A stretch of DNA of 64,000 nt from Eledone cirrhosa (GCA_964016885.1 OZ024743.1:293694001-293758000), one strand, 5' to 3'; shown: positions 23,411 through 35,658, counted from the stretch's first letter. A program made the numbers and translations. The notes: generated by a model not told the origin, from the letters alone.

Positions 23411-24844
23411 TGACGTGAACATTTGGAACAAGACGCAAAGAAACGAAGACATATAAATATTAATAATACATTGAAATGTTAAACTTGTGACCGAGTTTAT
23501 CTTTGTAAGGCCAGTCTCATTTTTCCACTCAAGGTTACATGAGCCAAAGCAGGTTAATAATAGGTTATCGACAATTGAAAGTACATATCTCTGTCAATCA
23601 TAAAACAAAACATTATCTTTCTATTGGTGGCCTAAAGAGACATATACAGTGACACTTGTCATGATTCTGCATTGCATTTAATTGACAAGAGACATTTATG
23701 TAACAGGTGAATGGGGGAAACAGGCTAGGGTCTTAGTCATTCTTGAATGGATTTCCAGTATATTGTATATATATGTGTGTTAGTGTTTGTATCTGCGTGG
23801 TATGTGTGTATGTGTGTATGTGTGTATGTGTTAGTGTGTGTGTGTGTGTTAGTGTTTGCGTGTGCGTGCTGTGTGTGTGTCTGCGATATTACTAGCTAAA
23901 TGATAGCTAGCCCATTATTTAATTTGATACTCGATACTTTAATGAAAATTGTGTGTAGATATTTATTGCATTCGAATAATATATATATATATATATATGG
24001 TTGTTTATATATAAGACACAGAGAAAATTAAACATTGAATGAACACTCAATACATAGAATAGGGGATGGTGTTTATTCAACACTGAATACAATGGCAGTG
24101 ACCAAGAAGTTTTTTACCTGTAATTTATTTCTCCAGATAGTCTCTTGATAAGAGGCAATTATCTGTACTTTATTTATTAGTAGTGGTTGATACTTCGACT
24201 TGACATAGTGTGTTACATTTTATGTTAACCCGCGAGCAAGGTCAGAACCCGAGTATCAAACGCCCTACAATGCATGTGTGTGCGTAAAAGCTAGTCCTAT
24301 ACGTTCTCTTGTCCTATTTACGCGCACCATTCTATGAAATGAAATAATTCCAACTTCGTTTGGCTAGATGAAAAACCTAGTTATTTACACTTATTTCTCT
24401 GATCACTCTGATTATTAATTCTACATTTTCTTCCTATACACCCAGCCCTCACAAACATTAAACACATGATAGGTCAAAGCATCATACAACCCTATCCACC
24501 ACTTTGTCATGACGCAGCAACGCGGCAATGATCTAATGGTCGCAGGAAATTATCATATATGTATTTATTTCAATTAAAGAGGTTTGTATAAAAGTGCGTT
24601 CCTCTAAGGCTCAGTAATGCACCACTCTGTGGCCTGCTCTTTAGACGGCTGCTTAGTTGGCCCAATGGTAGCATCAGCCCTTCATAATGTCATCTATAGA
24701 TCCTGGGATTAACCAGTATGTAATTCAAAGATGTAGCTTTATTTTCTGTGTACGTGTGAATAAAGTATAACCAGACTGATATTTATTTATTGTTGATATA
24801 ACTAAAAATACCACAACAATTCTTTATTAAATCTAATTTCAAAA

Positions 24845-25212
24845 TATATCATGTAAATACGATTTAATAGAAAAAGAAAAAAAATTATATTGAGAAGAAA
24901 GAATGGAATGTAAAATAAGAAAATATAAAAAAGAAACGAAAAAGGAAGGGAAAGGCAACGGCTGACACAGAAGAATGTGTAAAGGAGAGGATTGGTTGGG
25001 CTCTGGTCCTAGAGCGCGGCGGTAATGGGGCGGTCCCCCACAGACAAGACCGCAAAAGCGTTCCCGCGGACAATGACCAGAAACACTCGCTGCAACAGCC
25101 AATCTACCTCGCGGTGCTCCTTTCTCAGACGAGCTGCCATGGCTCCGATCTTGCCGAAGGGCTCGGCAGTACGGGGTCCAAATGCGCCTGAGGTCTCGAC
25201 TGCGACCGAAGA
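24845..25212 (-). mobile_element. 3' fragment of a CRE-like RLE non-LTR retrotransposon
   Basis: Minus-strand peptide VAVETSGAFG...REVDWLLQRVFLVIVRGNAFAVL resembles the CRE-clade C-terminus (ETxG..QRxxxxxxRGNA); followed by a pyrimidine-rich 3' UTR. Confidence 0.65.
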
Positions 25213-25783
25213 ATCCTCTGTTCCTTTGTACAATAATGTACTTGAAATTCTGAAGTTTATATTCCTTTGCATCAGAACACAACGGAGTTTCATCTTGTTT
25301 GTTTCCGATATATGTAAGTAGAGCTGACACCTTTAGTTTGTAGGAGAACACAGATGGCAACTGCTACTGCGATGAATGTATACCACCGCTACTTTTGCAA
25401 ACATACTCCACATTATGTGGGATGAGGATTGCTTTATTTTCCAGACGATAGCCGTCTCAATATCACCTCAATCATTCCTGCAAGTGCATGTGCACGGAGG
25501 GGCATTTTCAATGCAGCAAAAAATGGTAGACGAAGACCCCACCCCCAGGTACAGACAACACTCCAACATAGGACACATCAGCACAGGTGATTGAGGAACC
25601 GTGAATACGCTCCCCTACACTACTCCTCCCGAGGTGGGGAAAATACGGAAATGGTAACATTTCATTTGTGCAAATTCGCGTGACACCCCTATAAGTGTAG
25701 CAATAGGCCCAAAGAATTCAGAGTATCGACTGAAGCGGTAGAATACACATGCACATACATATATTTTACACACATACAGACAC

Positions 25784-25814
<31 letters not shown>

Positions 25815-25819
<5 letters not shown>

Positions 25820-25954
25820 CAAAAAAGGAAAAGAATGACTTCACTTGTAATTCTAAACAATTTGATTTAATTTTATAATATTATAATATTATAATATTAA
25901 ATCAGATTGTTTAAAATTACAAGTGAAGTCATTCTTGTCCTTTTTTTCAAATAT
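25815..25954. repeat. AT-rich near-perfect hairpin (~65-bp arms) between TA runs
   Basis: AAGAATGACTTCACTTGTAATT ... AATTACAAGTGAAGTCATTCTT. Confidence 0.85.
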
Positions 25955-26000
25955 ACTTAACTGTACCAATGATTTCACACATTTTCCAATATATATATAT

Positions 26001-26292
26001 ATTATAGAATTCTAGAATTCTAGTAATAATCAAGAACTGGTTATACAGAGCGGTTCCTGATTATTACTAGAATTCTATAAGAATCAAACATTCATGATTT
26101 TCAGCAAACAGGAGTAGTAGTTAGCTTTGATAAGCATAAACAAATGCGAAACAGAGCTCTGTCAACTTCATCTCCCCTGTTTGCTGAAAATTAAAGTAAG
26201 TGAGACTGTCACTATTCTAAAAGAATAGCATAAGGTCTTCGAAATGCTTTTAATTAAGCATACAGTGTATTGCAAAATACACTATATATACA

Positions 26293-26300
<8 letters not shown>
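26001..26300 (+). mobile_element. Second copy of the 22465-22780 family, with a short 5' inversion
   Basis: 26003-26052 is the reverse complement of the family's 5' part; core TTGATAA-GCAT aaacaa ATGC-GAAAC AGAGCTCT GTC at 26127-26163. Confidence 0.6.
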
Positions 26301-26371
<71 letters not shown>

Positions 26372-26374
<3 letters not shown>

Positions 26375-26584
26375 GAACGATCGACTTTCGTCAAATTGGA
26401 CCGAGGGAACAATGTTTCCGTTGGTCTTTCCAATTGCTAATACTATTTATCGGTCGCAACTCCAGAGTAGAAGGAGCAACGTGAAATAAAGTGTCTAGCT
26501 CAAGGACATGACGCATCGCCTGGTCCAGGAATCGAACTCACAACCTTACGATTGCGAATTCTCTAACCACTCAACAACACGCCT

Positions 26585-26590
<6 letters not shown>
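26372..26590 (-). mobile_element. tRNA-derived SINE, family B
   Basis: Minus-strand B-box GAGTTCGATTCC and CCTTGAGC.AGACACTTTATTTCACGTTGCTCC core; the same family is at 46190-46400 (+). Confidence 0.8.
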
Positions 26591-26637
<47 letters not shown>

Positions 26638-26836
26638 CTTTAGGTTTGTTGGTTCACCACTGGATAGAATTGGTCATTCCGTATGGTCAATCTTGGTGTA
26701 ATATTGTGGAGAGTGCTCAACGTAGTGCAGTTCACCCATCTTCGTTTGTGTAGTTGGTGGTGCGAATACGGAGTTAATTATGAATAAAATAAAATAACAG
26801 GAGGCTGGACTGGTGTAAATCCTTGAAAGGTTTATT

Positions 26837-26894
26837 ATACTATGATCATTTCAATGACCGGGTTCCATATGAATCCGGTGATATCATCAGGTAT
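26837..26894 (-). ncRNA. Type I hammerhead ribozyme motif
   Basis: Reverse complement of 32807-32864. Confidence 0.65.
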
Positions 26895-28374
26895 TGGAAT
26901 ATAACAAAGGAATATGTAAAAAACCATGGGTCCGAAAAATCAGAGACAGAGACAATGAGGACGACTGACCAACTAGCTGCCTTTACCACGGCCAGTCGCC
27001 CTGAAAGTGGTGGCAACTGAATCTACTATGACAATCTGGTGAGGGGGCGAAGGCTTATAATGCACTACCACCTCTCCGTCAAAGAAAAAAGGGAAGAAAG
27101 AAAGAAAGGAAGAAAGAAGAAAAAAGGGAGAAAGAAGTCAGCGTAAGGGTCACACTACATTCATGCTAGAAAATGCCGCGAAAAAAATGCTACTCCAAAG
27201 AATCTATAATGGGTGTCTGTATTGTCTAATGTGTGAACCGAAGATTGGAACGTTAAACTTATGTTGCGAGTTATAGGATGAAATTAAATTAAATTAAAAA
27301 TATTAAATTGCAAAATGATAAATTGAAAAATAAATTATTAGAAAATTAAAGGTTAAGTTAGCGAGATTTATTTAATAAACTTACGGAGAGAGTCTTATAT
27401 GAGAAAATTTATCTCGATAAGATATTAGGATGGGATATAGAGTAAAGATTTCGATTGCGAGTACCAGCCAGCACCCCCCTACCATGAATCAGCCAGTCTC
27501 GAGTGGTATCGTCCAGCGAAAGAAATGGAAATTAATTTTTCAGAGTACTCTAGGAACGTCGCTACCTTAGGCCCCGGGAGCGCTAGCGGGAACTCCACAA
27601 TTTCGACAGGCCATCGTCTATACCAAACGAATATTACTAAATCGCACATGAGGGGTTTCTTTACGTGCCAGTAGAGGCATGATACAGCTAATAGTAATGC
27701 CTAAACCTGGAGTTTATAGGCATAAGTATAATATGGCGGCCAAAACAGGCGGCGCGGTGGGACCGGGGCAAAGCAACCCGCTCCGAGTAATTTCGTTTAC
27801 CGAAAGAGGAGAAATTTATTTTTCAAAGCACTCAAGGAAGGCTGAACTTTCCGAGTGCCCAGCGCGCAGCCGGGAAAAGCCACCACATAAGTCGAAGGTA
27901 GCAACCCAATGAAAAGTGCAAATAGACCATAATTATTTTAAAGTCCCAGTTAGTCCGGGTTATAAGTAGTGTGGTTCTTAGGTGGATAGGGGGCTATGAA
28001 AGGTGCATAATGACCTGAGTAAGGAAAGTTACAAAAAAATAATAAAAGCAGGATACAAAGATAAAATACAAATATAAGGATAGAATACATTGATAAAAAT
28101 ACATTAATAAAATAATAAAAAATTAATAAAGGTAAATAACTAGGGATGTAGAAAGACGGAAGTATATAAGAACGTATCGGAGGAAACACAGTGTAGGGGA
28201 AATACAATATAGATCAAGTTGTAGTAAGATAATACAGGTTGTACATATAGATATAGAGGATGGAGGAGATGGAATGGCAACAGGTTGTACCTAGTTTAAA
28301 GTTCGGGTCTCCGAATTCAGTGTGAGTCACAAAAAGTCCTGAGGTATAGAGTCAAGAATTCAGTCAATACAATA

Positions 28375-28635
28375 TGTGGGTATGGTGTGGCGTGCGGTGG
28401 CCGGAAGCTGGGGAGTGCTCGACCGGAAGAGTGCTTGACCGGAAGGGTGCTTTGCCGGAAGGGTGCTCGACCGGAAGGGCCAGCAGATCGGCCTCTCTCT
28501 AGTGGTGACCAGGAACGCGAGTTTTGGCAGCTCCCGGTGTTAATGAGTTGGACGCACGTGGAAGAGGAGAAACCAGCAATGGGATTTAGCGGCTCCTATG
28601 AAAAGCGGTAAGTGAGATAGCTTTTTTTAACCACA
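28375..28635 (+). repeat. 5' LTR containing four ~16-bp tandem units (GRGTGCTYGACCGGAA)
   Basis: Direct repeat of 32334-32603 with several substitutions and a short indel. Confidence 0.92.
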
Positions 28636-28669
28636 AGCTATTTCGGCACTGGAAACTGAGATCTGATTG

Positions 28670-28700
<31 letters not shown>

Positions 28701-28761
28701 CTGAAAAAACAGAGAAGAGTCTGTTTTTTTTTTTTATCACGTACCGCAAGACAAATTAGGA

Positions 28762-29505
28762 TATGGCGACGAGACTACGAACGAGCGAAGCGATTGGGCA
28801 TTTACCGGTGAAGGCGATGTTGTCGCTTGGCTGCGAAAAGTCCGACTGGTCGCAAGCTTACAGAAGATAGAAGATGTGGCTGGCCTCATCGCACTGTACC
28901 TCGATGGGGACGCGTTAGTACTCTTCCTTGAGTTGGATGAACACAGCCAAAGAGATACGCAAAAGATTGAGAGGCGCATGATGGAAGCGTCCGCAGAGGG
29001 ACTGTTAGCCGCTTTTGCTAAGCTGGCAAGAATTAGAATGAACGGTGAACTCGTGGACATTTTCGCAGCGGAAATACGGCGATTGGCCATGTTGGCTGGA
29101 TATCAGGTGGAATGCGAACGCACGGTGCGGTTGGCGTTCATAAATGGATTTCCAGACGACATAGCGGTGAAACTGCAGCAAGTCCCGGGTTACAAAGAAA
29201 TGGAAATGCGTTCATTGGTGGAACAAGCCCGGATCATAGCAGAAGATGCCAAGAAGAGTGTCGCGGCGATAGCAACTACAGAGGCTCAAGACAGCTGGCA
29301 GCGAAATGGTGAAAGGGAGGCAACCACGGCACGCGGTCGCCCACGAATGTTTAGAGGTCACTCTTTTAGGTGCCAGGGCCCGCACATGGCTAGAGACTGT
29401 AGAGAGTCAAGGCCGGAAATAATATGCTACCGGTGTAAGCGACCAGGCCACATCGCTACTAACTGCGACCAGGGAAACGATCCAAGGGGAACTACTGCAC
29501 CGTAG
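28762..29505 (+). pseudogene. gag with two C-terminal Zn knuckles (one degenerate; CYRCKRPGHIATNC intact)
   Basis: The frame of ORF 28876-29505 extends to ATG at ~28762; knuckle motifs present. Confidence 0.8.
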
Positions 29506-29514
29506 TTGCCCCTT
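29472..29514 (+). promoter_or_regulatory. -1 ribosomal frameshift signal: slippery G GGA AAC plus a downstream stem-loop
   Basis: Heptamer is in the gag frame at 29472-29478; 5-nt spacer; AAGGGG(-)AACTAC tgcacc GTAGTTGCCCCTT hairpin. Confidence 0.75.
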
Positions 29515-32320
29515 ACGAGTAGAGGCGCTTCCCGTGGTGGAAGTCTTCGTGAGGGGAAAGCCACAGCGAACCCTCGTGGACACGGGCTATACGACGACAC
29601 TGGTGACCGCGGGGGTGGCGCAGAGGTGGAGAGGGAAGAGCAGCGTAAGGGCAGTCGACGGCAGGAAAATTGAATGCCGAGGTCGCAGCGAGGTGGAGAT
29701 AGCGGTACGGGGAAGGAAAATAAGGCTTTCTGTCATCGTAGTTGACAACGTGGTGGATGGAATCGGCGTGGTTATGGGCATGGACGCAATTGTCCGTCTA
29801 GGAGGCGTCACAGTGAACAACGTCTGTGTGTCGTTTGGCGGCGCTGCATCGGTATGCGCTGTGAGTACGCGACAGGAGAACCAGAAGGCCCACGAGGAGA
29901 AATACCCCGCTTACACTGTGCAGGACAAATACTTCAAGGCCGTGTTCGATGGGCAGCGATGGGTTGTTGAGTGTTACTGGAAGGGAGAACCACTAACACT
30001 GAAGACCAAAGTGGGCTGCTCTCAACACACATTGAAGGGAAACATTAGGAGCGAGTTCGAGCGAGAGGTAGAGAGATAGATTGAGGAGGGCATACTGCTT
30101 CCCTAGAAAGATGAGGTGAAGTGGGGAGTATTGCCGTTAACGGCGGTGGCGCAACCCACGAAGAACATGGTGAGGTCGGTGCTGGACTTTCGGGAGCTGA
30201 ACGAGCACGTGTCATGCCACACGAGTGGCGAGGTCACAGATGTCTGTGGGGAAACCCTGCGTGAGTGGGGACGCATGACGGGGGGTTCAGCAATCGTAGA
30301 TCTAAAGTCGGCATACTTGCAATTACATATAGATGATAAGCTCTGTATCAGCTGGTCAGGTATAAGGGCCGGACATATTGCCTGACCAGGCTCGGTTTCG
30401 GGCTGAGCTCCTCACCGAAAATCATGGCGGCGGTCCTCAAGATTATTCTGGGAAAGGCCGACAAGATGAAGAGGGCCATTATCTCCAACATTGACGACAT
30501 CCTAGTGGACGAGTCTGTGGTGTCGACGGCGGAGGTCACGAGCCATTTACAGGGGTATGGACTGGCTGCGAAGCCGTCATAAGCGTTGGAGGGAGGAGCC
30601 GCGCTGGGACTTAGGCTACGGCGAGACAGGACAGGCGTCTTGGTATTCCAGAGGGGAAATGAAGTTCCAGAACTGGGCCCCAGTATGAGTAGGCGGGAGC
30701 TTTTCCGGTGTGTGGAAAGTTGGTGTGTCACTACCCGATTGCTGGGTGGCTCCGGACGGCATGCAGCTATGTCAAGAGACGAGCGGGACGGGTGACTTGG
30801 AGTGACAGAGGGGAGAGAGGACGGTGACCATGGTGCAGGAGATCGTGGGGAGGGTGAAGGCCGACGACCCAGTGCAGGGACGCTGGTATGTTCCCAAATC
30901 GCAGAGCGGGACCGTATGGTGCGATGCCAGCAGCATAGCGCTGGGTGTCACGTTGGAGGTAGGAGGTGTTGAGGTCGAGATGCAGCTTAGGAAGAAGGAC
31001 AACTGCAACCACATCAATGTGGCCGAACTGGACGCAGTGTTGAGAGGGGTGAACCTCGCCCTGAGGTGGGGACTGCGCACCATCGAGATACGCACCGACT
31101 CGGCTACTGTACTCGGATGGGCAAGATCAGTGCTCACCAGTGAGAAGAGAGTGCGAACGAGACGGGCGGCGGATATGCTGATAAAGCGCCGCCTGGAAAC
31201 TTTAGGAGAGATGGCCACCGAGTTCGACCTGAGGCTGAGCGTAGTTTTCGTTCCCTCAGAGAAAAATAGGGCGGACGTCTTAACTAGGGTGAAGAAAGCC
31301 TGGATGGAAGCACCGGAGGAGGTAGAAGATGAGATAGCTGCCGTGTGTCGGCTGACCGAGTCGGAACTGAAAGGGTTGCATGACATGCACCACATGGGAG
31401 TGGATAGGAGCCTGTTCCTAGCCAGGAGAATCGACTCGGACGTTAACAGACACAGTGTTCAAAGGGTGGTTAGAGGCTGCGTCCGATGTCAGTCCATTGA
31501 TCCCGCCCCGGGTGTGCACGAAACGGGAAGCCTCCCGGTGGATCGCGACTGGAAGCGATTGGCGGTGGATGTAACGCACTACCGACAGGGAACGTACCTC
31601 TCGATGGTCGACTGTGGACCAGGACGGATGGCGATATGGAGGGAGATGAAGACTGGAATGGCCGAGGAAATCATGCGGACGTTGAGAGAGGTGTTCTTGT
31701 AACGGGGCCCTGTGGACGAACTACTGATGGAAAACAGCGCAACTTTCCGCTCGGAGGCGCTGAGGGAGATGCTCGATGGATGGAAGGTGGACCGTTTCTT
31801 CAGAGCAGCGCACAGGCCGATCGGGAATGGAATTGTGGAGCGACACCACCGGACGATGAAGGCAATGGCGGAGCGGGGCATATCTCACCAATGGAGGCAG
31901 TCAGTGTTCTGGTACAACATGTCCCCTCGTGTGGGACAGGTCGAGGAATCGGTGCCACACAGAGCAGTATTCAGATATGAGTGGCGGCACCCATGCACGC
32001 CACCACAACGGCCAGTGGGGAGAGAGAGTGCATTCGTGCAGGTGGGCGAAGAAGTCTGGGTTAAGCCCCCAGATGCATGTTGCACATCTCAATGGGGAAG
32101 GGGAACGGTCACGGCCGTAAATTCCCAGAACAATGTGTCCGTGGACGGAGTACCACGTCATGCCCTGGATGTCCGTAGAATCACTGTGTCAACGGGCTCC
32201 GAGGAAGAGGAAACCCAAAGTGCCGCCCCAACACTGCGGAGATCGCAAAGAAGTCGCAAACCACCAACCTGGACAGCAGACTTTCATATGCAGAAGGACG
32301 AGGGGGAAATTGATCCTTGA
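29510..32320 (+). pseudogene. pol: aspartic protease (LVDTG), RT (VLDFRELN, VDLKSAYLQ, NIDD), RNase H (WCDAS, AELDA, RTDS), integrase (HH..CC, DVTH..GNGIVER); several stops and frameshifts
   Basis: ORF fragments starting at 29534, 30116, 30586, 30824 and 31712. Confidence 0.88.
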
Positions 32321-32333
32321 GATCAGGGGAGCG

Positions 32334-32603
32334 TGTGGGTATGGTGTGGCGTGCGGTGGCCGGAAGCTGGGGAGTGCTCGACCGGAGGAGTGCTTGACCG
32401 GAAGAGTGCTTGGCCGGAAGGGTGCTCGACCGGAAGGGCCAGCAGATCAGCCTCTCTCTAGTGGTGACCAGGAACGGTTCGGACGCGAGTTTTGACAGCT
32501 CCCGGTGTTAATGAGTTGGACGCACGTGGAAGAGCAGAAACCAGCAAAGGGATTTAGCGGCGCCTATGAAAAGCGGTAAGTGAGATAGCTTTTTCTAACC
32601 ACA
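32334..32603 (+). repeat. 3' LTR
   Basis: Direct repeat of 28375-28635. Confidence 0.92.
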
Positions 32604-32806
32604 CAATACATGTTTTCTTTGACGGAGAGGTGGTAGTGCATTATAAGCCTTCGCCCCCTCACCAGATAGTCATAGTAGATTCAGTTGCCACCACTTTGAG
32701 GGCGACTGGCCGAGGTAAAGGCAGCTAGTTGGTCAGTCGTCCTCTTTGTCTCTGTCTCTGATTTTTCGGACCCATGGTTTTTTACATATTCCTTTGTTAT
32801 ATTCCA

Positions 32807-32864
32807 ATACCTGATGATATCACCGGATTCATATGGAACCCGGTCATTGAAATGATCATAGTAT
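32807..32864 (+). ncRNA. Type I hammerhead ribozyme motif
   Basis: ATAC-CTGATGA-[stem II containing ACCGG..CCGGT]-GAAA-TGATCA-TA-GTAT; palindromic stem III ATGATCAT. Confidence 0.65.
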
Positions 32865-33761
32865 AATAAACCTTTCAAAAATTTACACCAGTCCAGCCTC
32901 CTGTTATTTTATTTTATTTATATATATATTGTAATATAAATGGTCATGATTTGTTAGGACAAACAAAAATGCTGCATTTATGCACTTGAGACATGATAGA
33001 AAACTATAATATGACAGAACCGGTTGCCGGAATCGAACCACTTACGTGCGTGTACACACAAACACATAAGCTCACTCACAAACATGGACGCATGAACACA
33101 CACACACACACATACACATACACAGAGACATTAACAGATATTCATACTCAATAAGAGAGTGAGCGAGAGTGAAAATGAGAGCGAGAGAGATGGGGAGAGA
33201 AAGAACGATGAAATGACGCATATAGGATGAAGGATGATGATGATGATAATGAGGAGGAGGAGGAGAATGTGGGTAAGGAAGATGAGGATGAGGAAGAGGA
33301 TTAGCGAAAACGTTCATACACGATTAAAATGAACTTTTTGACATTTAGATGTTAGTAAGGGACAAAGTTCATTCTACACAACCCACCTTATCACAAACAA
33401 GCCAGACACACCACAACCACCACCTTCACCCAAATACAGCTACTTAAGCAATTTTTATTCAATTAAGTACTTTTTGCAACGTCACTTTGTTTCCTTCTTT
33501 CTTTCTTACTCCATTTCTTTCTTTCTCCCTAAATTGGAAATGGTAAGTAGAAAATTATTTATAGCAATGAAGGGAATGAATTATGAATGAGTTCTGTTTG
33601 AAAAATTATGGTGACAAGGAAATAAAATACACAAATAAATAAATAATTAAAAACTATATACGGTAAATGGGATACATAAATAAGTTAACAGACTTAACAT
33701 AGAAAGTAGGATATATATAAATATATTAATTAAAAAAAACAACAACATACACTCGTACTAA

Positions 33762-33915
33762 AGGCGTAGGCATGACTGGTTAACAAGTTTGCTTCGCAAA
33801 CACGTATTTTCGCTTCAACTCTACTGCATTGCATTTTGAGCGCCTTCTACTATAACCTCGGGTTGATAAATACTTTTTGAGTAAATCTGGAAGACGGAAA
33901 CTGTGCAGAAGCCCA
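33762..33915 (+). mobile_element. Degenerate tRNA-derived SINE, family C
   Basis: GGCGTAGGCATGACTGGTTAACAAGTTTGCTTC head and CTTCTACTATAACCTCGGG..GACGGAAACTG..AGAAGCCC body; recalled similarity to octopus SINEs. Confidence 0.55.
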
Positions 33916-33919
33916 TGGT

Positions 33920-34920
33920 GACGGGTCGCAGGTGGCGAATAGTGATACAGCCACCAGATATAATGGTTAAGTGGGCTCTTGTCGGAAGAATAATTAGCTA
34001 CGGACTAACAGTGGTAAACTACTAAGGGAGATGAAGCAATGGGTGACACTGCTAAGTCCCAAGAAAACTCCCACAACCAAGTAATGTAGCTACGACGAGG
34101 CGTGTAAAGGTCGTATCTTCGCATGTCTGAGGAATGTGCCAAGTTGGTGTATGGCGCGACTAAGTCCACCAAAACACAACAATATAACCAGAAACAATAA
34201 AGGCATTAATTGTTTCTACTATTGGCACAAGGCCAGCAATTACCCAGTACATTACTGGTACTTTATTTTATCGACCCCGTAAGGATGAAAGCAAAGTTAA
34301 CTTCGGCGGGATTTGAACTCAGAATGGCAAGGGCCGTAACTCTATGCGTCAAAGCATGGCGTCCGACCCTCTACCGATACTGCCAAGACATTAATATCAC
34401 ATCGTCTTTTACACGGGTTGACAAGGGATGCGTTCAGGCCTTAGACAGAAGGACGTGTTCGAAAAATATATTTCAGTTTCTATCCAACGCTGCAAGAACT
34501 GGTGATGGGCCTGCGACCTGTCCTGTGAGGCCAAAGGGAGTAAACCTTGACAATTAGTAACTGGAACGTTACAACCTTTATAGGCAAGGAGCAGGAACTA
34601 GTGAAGGAAACCATGTTCTACCGCTTAGATATAATCGGAGTTTCCTCAAGAACGTTCCGTGGCTCTGATGCCGTAGATTTTGATTGAAGATGAAACTCTA
34701 CTATTCAGATGGGGCACCAGAAAAGACTTCACAGATGGGTGTGGGGTTATACATAAGCCCCCGGCTGTCAGAATGTGTTGTGGGCTGGATCCCGTTAGGA
34801 GGGAGGATTTGTCTCTTGAAGCTTAGGCGGAAAGAAAGGTCGCCGTGGGTAGAGCCAGTCAGAGATTTCGAATACAAATCCTTCTTTGATGAAGTCACTG
34901 CAGCATTAGATGTAGTTACA
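33920..34920 (+). mobile_element. Degenerate 5' part of an RTE-like LINE (5' UTR plus APE endonuclease), interrupted by SINE A
   Basis: NWNV-like start at ~34558, LDIIGV, LYYSDG..GVGLYISPRL..WIPLGGRICLLKL. Confidence 0.6.
34211..34386 (-). mobile_element. SINE family A with TSD (G.CATTAAT)
   Basis: Near-identical to 42508-42684; GGCATTAAT before and GACATTAAT after. Confidence 0.85.
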
Positions 34921-34922
34921 AC

Positions 34923-35002
<80 letters not shown>

Positions 35003-35005
<3 letters not shown>

Positions 35006-35482
35006 TAGCAGAAGTACCTGGCATTGCCCAGATTAAAGACAATAGTGACATTTCATTTGAAACCTTTTCCTGGGGTATATTTGAAACTTCTGTTATAGCT
35101 GTTTCTTGTAGTTGCAATATAATTGCAAACTTTGTTTCTTTATTCCTTTCATATCTTGACTGTGCTTGGGTTTTCACATTGCTGATGAAATACAGTTGTA
35201 AATATTTTGGTTCTTCTGGACTTGCCCTTGGATCTTGAAAGTGGGCATAACGCCAACTTCCCGCATGACATTATAATTTATCACCTACGTCATTATAATT
35301 TATCTAAATATTCTAAATTTTTCTGTTAATGATGGATCTAGGTCGAGTCAAATGTTGTTGAATGAGGACTCACTGCATTCAATTTCAGTGATTTTTTTTT
35401 CAGAAACAACAACCAAAAACGAACGGACATGAATATGCAAAAAATATCACAGGTTTCACAAATGAAATTTTTATTAGGGGAT
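35003..35482 (-). mobile_element. Possible non-autonomous Helitron remnant
   Basis: Minus-strand 3' end has a CTGGGCAATGCCAGG hairpin followed by CTAA; 5' end is ATCCCCTAATAA-like. Confidence 0.35.
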
Positions 35483-35658
35483 TGGCAATGGATTGGCATG
35501 GTTGGACGCCATGCTTTGCAGCATAGAGTTACGACCCTTTACGATCTGAGTTCAAATCCCGCCTAGGTTAACTTTGCTCTTCATCCTTACGGGGTCGATA
35601 AAATAAGCACCAGTAATGCATTGGTGTAATTGTTGGGTTTGTGCCAAATGTAGAAACA
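35481..35658 (+). mobile_element. SINE family A, older copy
   Basis: GAGTTCAAATCCC, TTCATCCTTACGGGGTCGATAAAATAAG, ends GTAGAAACA-ATTAT. Confidence 0.75.

Larger units (their letters stand above)
28375..32603 (+). mobile_element. Compact (4.2 kb) LTR retrotransposon with Ty3/Gypsy-type domain order and 5-bp TSD CAATA
   Basis: LTRs TG..CA at 28375-28635 and 32334-32603; CAATA at 28370-28374 and 32604-32608; purine-rich PPT-like GAGATCAGGGGAGCG before the 3' LTR; order gag-PR-RT-RH-IN. Confidence 0.92.
26637..32920 (-). mobile_element. Non-autonomous Penelope-like element with inverted pseudo-LTRs (~26785-27087 and ~32613-32918), interrupted by an LTR retrotransposon
   Basis: ~300-bp inverted repeats, each carrying a hammerhead motif; (TA)n on both outer sides; no recognisable ORF inside. 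Confidence 0.6.

Noticed and set aside
26823-27020. Duplicated 65-aa ORF (also 32681-32878 on the minus strand)
   Set aside because: TTG start, antisense to the hammerhead-bearing pLTR; duplicated only because of the inverted repeat
28412-28480. Short regularly spaced repeats resembling a CRISPR array
   Set aside because: Head-to-tail 16-bp units with no spacers, inside an LTR, in eukaryotic DNA with no cas genes
33922-33985. HDV-like ribozyme at the RTE 5' end
   Set aside because: Plausible from family knowledge, but the copy is too decayed to fold the double pseudoknot by eye
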